Shown in pieces: positions 9,249 through 19,567 of a stretch of DNA of 64,000 nt (the first letter of the stretch is position 1; the number at the start of each line of letters is the position of its first letter). This DNA is from Planctomycetota bacterium (GTDB taxonomy: Bacteria; Planctomycetota; UBA1135; UBA2386), in assembly GCA_045105235.1 (NCBI GenBank), contig JBGCDH010000011.1:141992-205991 (forward strand), in the 5' to 3' direction. A program made the translations under genes and the position numbers. Below the pieces are notes generated by a model, which was not told where the DNA came from, did not search any database, and saw only the letters and a list, made by a program, of their open reading frames with translations.

Positions 9249-11081
9249 TCAGTCGAGAGCGAACGCAGACAGATACTGCTCGCGGTCAACCTCGGGCAGA
9301 TCCTTCTGCTCGACGCGGCGAATGATGAAGTTCTCGAGCACGAGCACATCCATCTCGGTCCCCATGAAGCAGCGCAGCGCATCTTCGGGCGTGCACACGA
9401 TCGGCTCACCGCGAACGTTGAAGCTGGTGTTGATCAACACCGGGCTGCCGGTGCGCGCGTGGAAACGCTTCATCATGTCGGACAGCCGCGGGTTGCGCTC
9501 GCCGTCAACGGTTTGCAGGCGCGCGGAGTAGTCGACGTGCGTGACCGCCGGAATCACCGAACGAATCTGCTTGAGCTTGTCGAGGCCAAACAGTCCGTGG
9601 TCGACCTCCTTGCGCTTGTCGTCACGTACCGGCGCGACAATCAGCATGTAGGGGCTGTCGTGTTCCTTTGAAATCTCGAAGTAGTCGGACGCGTGCTCGC
9701 GCAGCACGATCGGCGCAAACGGCCGGAACGACTCGCGGAACTTGATCTTCAAGTTCATCACCGACTGCATCTTTGGCGATCGTGCGTCGCCGATGATGCT
9801 GCGCGACCCGAGTGCCCGCGGACCAAACTCCATCGGTCCTTGGAACCATCCGATCACGTTCTCCTGTTCGATCAGCTCGGCCACGCGGTCCGCCAAGCGC
9901 TCTTCATCGGAGCACTCTTCGTAGACAACATTTTGCGCATCGAGCACCGAGCGAATCTGCGGCGGCTCGTACTTCGGCCCAAGCAAGCTGCCGCGCTGGG
10001 AGTCCGCTGGCTGCACCGTCCGCGGCTTGTCGAGCAAGTTGTGCCAGATAAACTGTGCCGCCCCGAGCGCTCCGCCGGCATCGCCAGCAGCGGGCTGGAT
10101 CCAGATCTTGTCGAACGGACCTTCGCGCAGGATCACGCCGTTGCCGACGCAGTTGAGTGCGACGCCACCGGCCAAGCACAGGTTCTTCTTGCCGGTCACC
10201 TCGCGCGCGTAGCGAGCGGTTTTGAGCATGACCTCTTCGGTCACGGCTTGAATCGACGCGGCGACATCCATCTGGAACTGCGACAGCTCCGTCTCCGGAC
10301 CGCGCACCGGCTGGCCAAAGACCGCGGCGAACTTGTCGTTCGTCATCGTCAGTCCCTGACAGTAGTTGAAGTAGCTGAGGTCGAGGCGGTAGCTGCCGTC
10401 GTCACGCAGGTCGATCAGGTGCTTGCGGATCAGGTCCGCAAAGCGCGGCTCGCCATACGGCGCGAGCCCCATCAGCTTGTATTCGCCGCTGTTGACCTTG
10501 AAGCCGCAGTAATACGTGAAGGCCGAGTAGAGCAGTCCGAGCGAGTGCGGGAAGCGGATCTCGCGGATCAAGTCGACGCGGTTGCCTTCGCCAACGCCGA
10601 TCGAAGTCGTGGCCCACTCGCCAACGCCGTCCATTGTGAGGATGGCTGCGTCTTCAAACGGCGAGGGATAAAAGGCCGACGCCGCGTGGCTTTCGTGGTG
10701 CTCCGGGAACACGTAGCGATTCTTTGGCTTGCAGCCAAGACCGCGCGTCAACACGCGCCGCATGTGCAGCTTCTCGCCGAGCCAGACCGGGATCGCTTTG
10801 CGGAACGACCGCAAGCCCACCGGCGCGTAGCCAATGTAGGTCTCGAGCAGACGGTGGAACTTCAGGATCGGCTTGTCATAGAACGCGACGAAGTCGACGT
10901 CCCCAGCCGAGATGCCGGCCTGCTCAAAGCAAAACTCGACAGCCTTTGCAGGGAATGCCGGATCGTGCTTCTTGCGAGTGAAGCGCTCTTCCTGAGCGGC
11001 GGCCACGATCTCCCCATCGCGCAGCAGCGCTGCGGCGGAGTCGTGGTAGAAGGCAGAGATTCCGAGGATGTGCGTCGGCAT
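9249..11081 (-). CDS. NodU/CmcH-family carbamoyltransferase
   Basis: From the internal ATG at 11081: MPTHILGISAFYHDSAAALLRDGEIVAAAQEERFTRKKHD... Further family blocks are HHESHAASAFYPSPF, LAGGVALNCVGNG and GPRALGSRSIIGDAR...NLKIKFRESFRPFAP...NTSFNVRGEPIV. About 610 aa. Confidence 0.9.
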   Translation of the reverse strand: MPTHILGISAFYHDSAAALLRDGEIVAAAQEERFTRKKHDPAFPAKAVEFCFEQAGISAGDVDFVAFYDKPILKFHRLLETYIGYAPVGLRSFRKAIPVWLGEKLHMRRVLTRGLGCKPKNRYVFPEHHESHAASAFYPSPFEDAAILTMDGVGEWATTSIGVGEGNRVDLIREIRFPHSLGLLYSAFTYYCGFKVNSGEYKLMGLAPYGEPRFADLIRKHLIDLRDDGSYRLDLSYFNYCQGLTMTNDKFAAVFGQPVRGPETELSQFQMDVAASIQAVTEEVMLKTARYAREVTGKKNLCLAGGVALNCVGNGVILREGPFDKIWIQPAAGDAGGALGAAQFIWHNLLDKPRTVQPADSQRGSLLGPKYEPPQIRSVLDAQNVVYEECSDEERLADRVAELIEQENVIGWFQGPMEFGPRALGSRSIIGDARSPKMQSVMNLKIKFRESFRPFAPIVLREHASDYFEISKEHDSPYMLIVAPVRDDKRKEVDHGLFGLDKLKQIRSVIPAVTHVDYSARLQTVDGERNPRLSDMMKRFHARTGSPVLINTSFNVRGEPIVCTPEDALRCFMGTEMDVLVLENFIIRRVEQKDLPEVDREQYLSAFALD

Positions 11082-11260
11082 TGGCCGTGTTCGCGATCGG
11101 CGAGATGCGGGCGACACATGCTGCCGCTTTCCAACAACGCTACCACCCCAAATCGCTTCGGCAGCGAACTCCGCGGCAACGTTCTGTTCCCGAGACGAGC
11201 CCTGCGGCCGCGGCAGCAGCCGGTAGAGCGCGACCGCAGCGAGCGCTACCGTCACGGATC

Positions 11261-12457
11261 ATGCCGACGCCCCCCCCAAGCCAGCGCCCTCGCCAACGCC
11301 CTCGCCTGCTGGTCCGCATAGCAGCGCTCGGGCTGGCGACCGTTGTTTCCGTGGGCCTCGCCGAAATCGCTGTGCGCACGCTCGTGCCGCCCGGCCATCC
11401 GCTCGGTGCCATCGGCTACGCCACGGCGGACGGCAAGCCGATCAAGGATCTAGCCGAAGGTGCCAAGTTGGGCTTTGTCGTGCCGGTTCCGCAATCGGCC
11501 AAGCCGCCGCGACCGCGCTTCATGTTCGCGCCGAACTTGACGTTTCATCTCACCTACCAAGACAACGACGTCTTGGCACGCGACTGGTTCGACGAACGCG
11601 GCTGGGTCGCGACCTCGATCAACTCCCGCGGACTGCGCGAGCGTGAGTCGATCACTCTCGACAAGCCGGCCGGCCAACGACGCATTGTCTGCGTCGGCGA
11701 CTCGTTCACGTTCGGATGGGGGATCCCGGCAGAGCTCGGCTGGGCTCGCCTGCTCGAGAAAGAGCTGCGCAAGCCCGCGCAGACCGGCGCCACAGAAAAC
11801 GACATCCGCACCGTCAATTGCGGCGCAGCGGGCACGGTCTGCATCGACGAGTATGTCATTGGCCTCGAGCAGCGCTTCGTGCGCTACCAGCCCGATTGCG
11901 TGCTGCTGACGATCTGCCTCAACGACCTGATCCCGTCGAGCGGCCTGACCGTCATCGATCCGGTCCAGCCCACGGGCTTTGCCCTGCTGGATCTGGCCCG
12001 CGGCGCGTTTGGTCGCAGCCCGCTGCAGCTCGATCCCGAGCGTGACTGGGTCGCGGAGTTGCTCGCGCTGCCCGCCGACCAAGCACGCGCCTCGATGATG
12101 TCGCACCCATCGGACAAGCCGTTCGAAGCCATGTGGTCCCAGGGGGTTCCGCAGAAGTTCCTGCGCCGATGCAAGGCCTACTGCAAAGCCAACGAGATCC
12201 GCTTTGGGGTCATCCTGTGGCCGTTCCTGCAAGAACTCGGCGAAGGGCAGCACTACCCGTTCCAGAAGCTGCACGATTTCGTTGCGGCGGATTGCGCCGA
12301 GGCGGGGATCCCCTTCCTTGACGTATTGCCGATGCTGCACGGCACCGACGCCGAAGATCTGTGGGTTACGCCGGCCGATCCGCACCCCAATCCGCTCGCC
12401 CAACGCCTTGCTCTGCCGGCAATCGTCGACTTCACAATCGAATTGACCGACTGGTAG
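11261..12457 (+). CDS. SGNH/GDSL-family hydrolase with N-terminal membrane anchor
   Basis: The internal ATG at 11261 gives MPTPPPSQRPRQRPRLLVRIAALGLATVVSVGLAEIAV (TM). Block I is RIVCVGDSFTFGWG (GDS). Later blocks are TVNCGAAG, LTICLNDL and a C-terminal DPHPN motif. It is divergent from the carbamoyltransferase across a 179-bp spacer. Confidence 0.7.
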   Translation: MPTPPPSQRPRQRPRLLVRIAALGLATVVSVGLAEIAVRTLVPPGHPLGAIGYATADGKPIKDLAEGAKLGFVVPVPQSAKPPRPRFMFAPNLTFHLTYQDNDVLARDWFDERGWVATSINSRGLRERESITLDKPAGQRRIVCVGDSFTFGWGIPAELGWARLLEKELRKPAQTGATENDIRTVNCGAAGTVCIDEYVIGLEQRFVRYQPDCVLLTICLNDLIPSSGLTVIDPVQPTGFALLDLARGAFGRSPLQLDPERDWVAELLALPADQARASMMSHPSDKPFEAMWSQGVPQKFLRRCKAYCKANEIRFGVILWPFLQELGEGQHYPFQKLHDFVAADCAEAGIPFLDVLPMLHGTDAEDLWVTPADPHPNPLAQRLALPAIVDFTIELTDW

Positions 12458-12824
12458 GGGAGTCCCTAGGTCGGGCCGCTGCCACGCGGAGAGTTCTCCA
12501 CAACATCCCACGATTCGTCCGAACCGAATGCGGATTGACGCAGCTACGCCCTTTGAACCGCTCGACTTAGCAGACTTCGCTCTGATTCTCCGAAGTCTGA
12601 AATTGACCCCGTCACAGCGATCTTTTACACGAGTTGGCCTTCCGGGCTGACTGCACGTGCCCCTGTGCTTCGCCTCTGCGTGATTGACCGGTATCCAAGG
12701 TCACGCCGATGTCGTTTTGCAGGGCGGCCCCACGTGCGACTTTCCCGTGTTTCAGCACGTGCCCGATCTTCTGAATCGGGTTTCCAAAGACCGCAATCCG
12801 CCGCTACCGCGGAGGGGATTCACC

Positions 12825-13502
12825 TTGACCGTACTGTTTCCCAAGTGGACCAACCGACTGCCCGCAATCCTGGCGCTAAGCGCCGGACTGGGGGCCGTGT
12901 CCGTTGTGCTCATCGTGACGATCTGGTTCTCGCCGAAGCACACCGACGTCGGCTACCAGCCCTACCAACCGATCCCCTACAGCCACAAGCTGCACGCGGG
13001 ATCCCTCGGCATGGACTGTCGCTACTGCCACCGCAACGTCGAAGAGGGCGCGCATGCTTCGGTGCCGGACTCCGACACCTGCATGGGCTGCCACAAGGTG
13101 ATCAAGAAGGACAGCCCCAAGCTCGCCAACCTGCGCGCTGCGTTTGGTGCTGACGGCGCCGAGGGCACTCCGGTTGAGTGGGTCAAGGTGCACCTGCTTC
13201 CCCAATACGCCTACTTCAACCACTCCGTCCACATGCGCGCGAACGTCGGCTGCAAGAGCTGCCACGGCCGCGTCGACCAGATGGAGATCGTGCGCCAGGT
13301 CGAGCCGCTGAGCATGGGTTGGTGCCTTGAGTGCCACCGCGACCCAACGCCGCACATCCGGCCCGCCGGCGTCGCAGTCACCGACATGCAGTGGGACCCG
13401 ACCGAAGAGTCGCGCGCCGCTGCTCAAAAGCTGCTCGAGTGGAACGGCGACGAAGCACCGCAGATCAACCCGCCGCAACACTGCTCCGCCTGCCACCGAT
13501 GA
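12825..13502 (+). CDS. actA: Alternative Complex III subunit ActA (pentaheme cytochrome c)
   Basis: Five CxxCH motifs (CRYCH, CMGCH, CKSCH, CLECH, CSACH). An N-terminal FPKWTN motif and TM helix are typical of ActA. An in-frame TTG at 12825 lies 8 nt after GGAGGGG (12811-12817). The track ORF starts upstream at 12684. Confidence 0.85.
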   Translation: MTVLFPKWTNRLPAILALSAGLGAVSVVLIVTIWFSPKHTDVGYQPYQPIPYSHKLHAGSLGMDCRYCHRNVEEGAHASVPDSDTCMGCHKVIKKDSPKLANLRAAFGADGAEGTPVEWVKVHLLPQYAYFNHSVHMRANVGCKSCHGRVDQMEIVRQVEPLSMGWCLECHRDPTPHIRPAGVAVTDMQWDPTEESRAAAQKLLEWNGDEAPQINPPQHCSACHR

Positions 13503-16500
13503 CCACTACGACTCACGACACCAACGGGCACGACACATCCGGCAGCGGCAACCCGAACGGGCAGCCGAATGCCGAGAAGCCACGTAGCGGGGAAACCGTC
13601 CAGTGGCGCAGCCTTGAGCACCTCGAACTCGGCCAGGTCGAGAACTCGAAGGAGTTTCAGGAGATCGTCGCACGCGAGTTCCCCGAAGGCATCACCGAGG
13701 CACCGGACGACGTTTCGCGTCGCGGCTTCCTCGGCGCGATCGCCGCTTCGGTTGCGCTCGCGGGCATGACCAGCTGCCGCAAGCCCGAGACCAAGATCGT
13801 GCCGTTCACCAAGCGGCCCGAGGGCTTCAAGCCCGGCATCTCGCAGCAATATGCGACGACGCTGACCCGCGGTGGCTACGGCATCGGCGTGCTCGTAAAG
13901 AGCAACGACGGTCGTCCCACCAAGATCGAGGGCAACCCCGATCACTCCAGCAGCAAGGGCGGCACCGACCTGCAGCTGCAGGCCGAGCTGCTGCAGGTCT
14001 ACGATCCGAACCGCAGCCGCGCCGCCCGCAACCCGCACAGCGCGTCGCACGGCCACGATGACGAGGATCATGGCCATGGCCACGGCGGCCACGCAGCGCA
14101 CAAGGTCAACGTCTGGGAAGAGTTCGTGCTCGGCTCCGACGAGACCGCGCCGTTCCTCGAGGACCTCTCCGAGGATCTGACGGCCAAGCAAGGCGAAGGC
14201 CTGCACGTGCTGATGGCGCCAACCACGTCGCCAACGACCCTGGCCACGATCGCCAACATCAAGAGCGGCAGCTTCCCGAAGGCGCGCTTCCACACGTGGA
14301 CGCCGCTGCACCAAGACCACGAGCTGCAGGGCGCCGAAATGGCGTTCGGCAAGCCGATGGCGGCCCACTACGACCTCAACAAGGCCGACGTTGTGCTGTC
14401 GCTGGACAGCGACTTCCTCGCCACCGACGGCAACAACCTGCGCCACGCGCGCGAGTGGGCCGGTCGCCGCAAGGAAGCCAAAAACCTGTCGCGCCTCTAC
14501 TGCGTCGAATCGATCTTCTCGACGACGGGAACGGCCGCCGACCACCGCTTCCGCACCAAGAGCGGCGACATCGCCGAGGTTGCGTTTGCACTCGCCAAGG
14601 CGCTCGGCGTCGGCGGCGGCAGCGACCTCGCCAGCGCGCTCAACTCCTACGATCCTGCTAGCTTCGAGAAGAAGGGCAAGAAGTGGGTCGAGATCCTGGC
14701 GGCAGACCTCCAGTCGACCAACGGCAACTGCGTCGTGATGGTCGGCCCGACGCAGCCGCCGGTCGTGCACGCCATCGCACATGCGATCAACCAACAGCTT
14801 GGCGCCGTCGGCAAGACGGTGACGCTGTCGACCGTGCCCGCCGGCATCCCGAGCAACTGCACGGCGCAGCTCCAGGAGCTCGCCGCAGCGATGCAGGCCG
14901 GCACCGTGGAGACGCTCGTCTGCCTCGGTTCCAACCCAGCCTACGACGCCCCGGCCGACCTCAAGTTTGCCGAGCTGCTTGCGACCAAGAAGCCGACCAA
15001 CACCATCCACGTTGGCTACTACGAAGACGAGACGGCCAAGCTGTGCGACTGGCACTTCCCGCTGGCTCACGATCTTGAGGCCTGGGGCGATGCCCGCGCC
15101 CACGACGGCACGGTCTCGGTCCAGCAGCCGCTGGTCGCACCGCTGCACGGCGGTGTCTCCGCGCTTGAGTTCCTGGCGCTGCTCAACCAGCAGTCGCCGG
15201 GTGACGCAACCTACGAAGACCTCGGCGACGCCCGCAACACGACCTACGGCTACGAGCTGGTCAAGCAGCAGTGGCAGCAGCAGAGCGGTGCCTCCGACTT
15301 CGAGTCGTGGTGGCCGCAGACGCTGCACAACGGCCTGGTCGAAGGCACGGCCATGGCGGCAGAAAACGCGACGGTCACGGCCAGCGCGATCGCCGGCGCC
15401 GTCACCTCATGGCAAAAGGCCACCGGACTCGAAGTGGTTCTGCGCGGCTGCCCGAAGATGGGCGACGGCCGCTTCGCCAACAACTCGTGGATGGCTGAGA
15501 TCCCCGATCCGCTGACCAAGCTCAGCTGGGACAACGCCGCCATGATCAGCATGGCAACCGCGAAGAAGCTCGGCGTCACCAACGGCGACATGCTGACCGT
15601 CGGCGCCGACGCCATGCAGATCGACGTGCCCGCGTGGATTCTGCCGGGCCACGCCGACGACAGCGTCTCGATCTTCCTCGGTTGGGGGCGCGACCTCGAC
15701 GACCACCACCGCGTGGCCAAGGGCACGGGCTTCAACGCCTACCCGCTGCGCACCGCGAACGCGCAGTGGATCATCAAGGGCGCCAAGGTCAGTCGCGGTA
15801 GCGGCACGCACCAGCTCGTCTGCACGCAGGAGCACGGCACGATGGCCGGCCGCGCGCTGATCCGCGAAGCCACCAAGGAGCAAAACGACAAGGATCCCCG
15901 CTGGGCTCCCAAGATGTCGCCGCTCGACCAGGCTGCGCAGCTGCAGGGTGCGGACAAGACCGAGAAGGACCTCAACAATTCGCTGTGGACCGAGCGTGGC
16001 TACGATCGCGGCCGCAAGGCAGCGGACGAGCCGGTGCGCCGGACGCCGTACCAGTGGGGCATGGTCTTCGACCTCAACGCGTGCACCGGCTGCTCGGCCT
16101 GCATCGCCGCTTGCGTGTCGGAGAACAACATCCCGATGGTCGGCAAGGTCCAGGTGGCCCGAAACCGCGAGATGTTCTGGATCCGCGCCGACCGCTACTT
16201 CACGTCGGTTGCCCAAGACGGCGACGGTGCGCTGGAGATGGCGGAAGACCCGCAGGTCTCGAACATGCCGGTGCCGTGCATGCAGTGCGAAAACGCCCCG
16301 TGTGAGTCGGTTTGCCCGGTTGCCGCCACCATGCACAGCCCCGAAGGGCTCAACGACATGGTCTACAACCGCTGCATCGGCACGCGCTACTGCAGCAACA
16401 ACTGCCCCTACAAGGTGCGTCGCTACAACTACCTCGACTACGTCGGCAACGTGCCCGACACCAAGCAGATGGCGTTCAACCCGGACGTCACCGTGCGCAG

Positions 16501-16798
16501 CCGAGGCGTGATGGAGAAGTGCACCTACTGCGTGCAGCGCATCAACGGTGGCCGCATCGACGCCAAGCTCAACGGCACCAAGGTGGGCGACGGCGAGAAC
16601 ATGATCCGCGTGACGACGGCGTGCGCCCAGGCGTGCCCGACCGAAGCGATCACGTTCGGCAACATCATCGAGACGGACAGCAAGGTGCAAAAGCTGCGCT
16701 CGAGCAACCTCAACTACGGGCTCCTGTCGGAGCTGAACACGAAGCCGCGCACGACCTACCTCGGTCGCGTGCGCAACCCCAACCCGGATCTCGTCTGA
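13499..16798 (+). CDS. actB: Alternative Complex III subunit ActB (molybdopterin-oxidoreductase-like domain fused to 4Fe-4S ferredoxin-like domain)
   Basis: The ATG at 13499 overlaps the actA stop (ATGA). Tat motif SRRGFLGA. The C-terminal half has four Cys clusters (CTGCSACIAAC, CMQCENAPCESVCP, CIGTRYCSNNCP, CTYC...CAQACP). The first 56 codons of the track ORF are antisense-type junk. Confidence 0.9.
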   Translation: MTTTTHDTNGHDTSGSGNPNGQPNAEKPRSGETVQWRSLEHLELGQVENSKEFQEIVAREFPEGITEAPDDVSRRGFLGAIAASVALAGMTSCRKPETKIVPFTKRPEGFKPGISQQYATTLTRGGYGIGVLVKSNDGRPTKIEGNPDHSSSKGGTDLQLQAELLQVYDPNRSRAARNPHSASHGHDDEDHGHGHGGHAAHKVNVWEEFVLGSDETAPFLEDLSEDLTAKQGEGLHVLMAPTTSPTTLATIANIKSGSFPKARFHTWTPLHQDHELQGAEMAFGKPMAAHYDLNKADVVLSLDSDFLATDGNNLRHAREWAGRRKEAKNLSRLYCVESIFSTTGTAADHRFRTKSGDIAEVAFALAKALGVGGGSDLASALNSYDPASFEKKGKKWVEILAADLQSTNGNCVVMVGPTQPPVVHAIAHAINQQLGAVGKTVTLSTVPAGIPSNCTAQLQELAAAMQAGTVETLVCLGSNPAYDAPADLKFAELLATKKPTNTIHVGYYEDETAKLCDWHFPLAHDLEAWGDARAHDGTVSVQQPLVAPLHGGVSALEFLALLNQQSPGDATYEDLGDARNTTYGYELVKQQWQQQSGASDFESWWPQTLHNGLVEGTAMAAENATVTASAIAGAVTSWQKATGLEVVLRGCPKMGDGRFANNSWMAEIPDPLTKLSWDNAAMISMATAKKLGVTNGDMLTVGADAMQIDVPAWILPGHADDSVSIFLGWGRDLDDHHRVAKGTGFNAYPLRTANAQWIIKGAKVSRGSGTHQLVCTQEHGTMAGRALIREATKEQNDKDPRWAPKMSPLDQAAQLQGADKTEKDLNNSLWTERGYDRGRKAADEPVRRTPYQWGMVFDLNACTGCSACIAACVSENNIPMVGKVQVARNREMFWIRADRYFTSVAQDGDGALEMAEDPQVSNMPVPCMQCENAPCESVCPVAATMHSPEGLNDMVYNRCIGTRYCSNNCPYKVRRYNYLDYVGNVPDTKQMAFNPDVTVRSRGVMEKCTYCVQRINGGRIDAKLNGTKVGDGENMIRVTTACAQACPTEAITFGNIIETDSKVQKLRSSNLNYGLLSELNTKPRTTYLGRVRNPNPDLV

Positions 16799-16890
16799 TC
16801 CGCGTTGGAACCACCCAGGTCCTTTGATCTGGGCCGCCTCTTCAGTACCGACTCCCACCCATTGGCTCACACGCTCCTGGCCACTCCTCG

Positions 16891-18300
<1,410 letters not shown>

Positions 18301-18350
18301 ACCCCAACACGATTCATTCGATTCGGAGTCCTTCGACTCGGAGCTAACTG

Positions 18351-18887
18351 ATGACGAATACCGACAAGTGGGGAGTGGTCGCCGAGTTTGACTCGGCTCC
18401 AGCAATCTTCCACGCGGCCGAAAAGATCACCGCTGAGGGCTACACGCGCGTCGACGCGCACACGCCCTTCCCGGTGCACGGCCTCGACAAAGCGCTCAAG
18501 CAGGGGCCATCCGGTCTCGGCTGGATTGTGGTGTGCTGTGGCTTCACCGGCATCTGCCTCGCGCAGTTGATGATGTGGTGGATGAACGCAGTCGACTACC
18601 CGATCTGGGTCTCCGGCAAGGAGCCCTACGCGTGGCAAACGACGATCCCGATCACGTTCGAGCTGATGGTGCTGCTGTCCGGGCTCGGCGCCGTGTTTGG
18701 TATGTTCGGCCTCAACAAGCTGCCGCGCTTTCACCACCCGATCTTTGCGCACAGCACGATCTGGCGGGTGACCGACGACCGCTTCTTCCTCTCCGTCGAA
18801 GCGACCGATCCCAAGTTCGACAGCTCGGCGACGCTGCAGTTCCTGCAGAGCATCGGCGGCACCAACGTGGAAATCATCGAGGACTGA
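18351..18887 (+). CDS. actD: Alternative Complex III subunit ActD (DUF3341-like)
   Basis: 178 aa. MTNTDKWGVVAEFDSAPAIFHAAEKI...GYTRVDAHTPFPVHGLD is followed by two TM helices. It occupies the expected position. Confidence 0.8.
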   Translation: MTNTDKWGVVAEFDSAPAIFHAAEKITAEGYTRVDAHTPFPVHGLDKALKQGPSGLGWIVVCCGFTGICLAQLMMWWMNAVDYPIWVSGKEPYAWQTTIPITFELMVLLSGLGAVFGMFGLNKLPRFHHPIFAHSTIWRVTDDRFFLSVEATDPKFDSSATLQFLQSIGGTNVEIIED

Positions 18888-18890
18888 TCG

Positions 18891-19562
18891 ATGCCAAAGT
18901 TCTTCAACAAGACGTTTCTGCAGCTCCTCGCCAGCGCTTCGCTGCTGGCGCTCGGCAGCTGCGACATCGACAACTTCCGCGGGTTCCCGTCGGACAAGCC
19001 GCCGATCCACCTCGTGCAGGACATGGACTTCCAGCCCAAGCTGCGGGCCCAGTCGGCCCACGAGTTTGACGGTTGGAGCGACAGCCGCGGTGCCCGCCGT
19101 CCGGTCGCTGACTCGTTCGGCAACCAGCTGGTCGTGGCGCGCGGCAGCCTGCCCAACACGGCGCTCGCCAACAAGGACGCCAACGGCCAGTACGTCACGA
19201 GCAACCCGCTCGCGCTCGAGCACAAGTTTATGGTGCGCGGTAAGCCGATGACGACGATCGACCGCGGCCGTGAGGTCTACGAGATCTACTGCTCGATGTG
19301 CCACGGCTACACCGGCCAAGGCGGCAACGGCAAAAACGGCCACGGCATCGTCGGCCGCAAATGGCAGCCGGCACCGCCGAACTTCCACTACGACAGCAAG
19401 CAGGGCGCCGACAACCGCGTCCCCAACATGCCCGACGGTGAGTACTTCCAAGTCATCACCATGGGTAAGGGCACGATGCCAGCCTACGGCGCTCGCATGA
19501 GCGTCGAAGATCGCTGGGCCATCGTCCACTACGTGCGCGCCCTCCAGTCTCTCTCCCGCTAG
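18891..19562 (+). CDS. actE: Alternative Complex III subunit ActE (monoheme cytochrome c lipoprotein)
   Basis: Lipobox LLALGSC, a single CSMCH heme motif and a distal Met region (GKGTMPAYG). It starts 3 nt after actD. Confidence 0.85.
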   Translation: MPKFFNKTFLQLLASASLLALGSCDIDNFRGFPSDKPPIHLVQDMDFQPKLRAQSAHEFDGWSDSRGARRPVADSFGNQLVVARGSLPNTALANKDANGQYVTSNPLALEHKFMVRGKPMTTIDRGREVYEIYCSMCHGYTGQGGNGKNGHGIVGRKWQPAPPNFHYDSKQGADNRVPNMPDGEYFQVITMGKGTMPAYGARMSVEDRWAIVHYVRALQSLSR

Positions 19563-19567
19563 CTCCC

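Noticed and set aside
11082..11255. N-terminal extensions of track ORFs. Examples: carbamoyltransferase to 11255, SxtJ-like to 9409, SGNH from 11081, actB from 13331, sco from 21192, pelG to 31932, pelD to 37535, pntAA to 50576, parA from 57310, sigma to 8272, hemW to 7315
   Set aside because: The track reports the longest ORF from any ATG/GTG/TTG. In each case an internal start reproduces the canonical family N-terminus. That start also sits next to an SD, or overlaps or abuts the upstream stop. The extension is compositionally aberrant.
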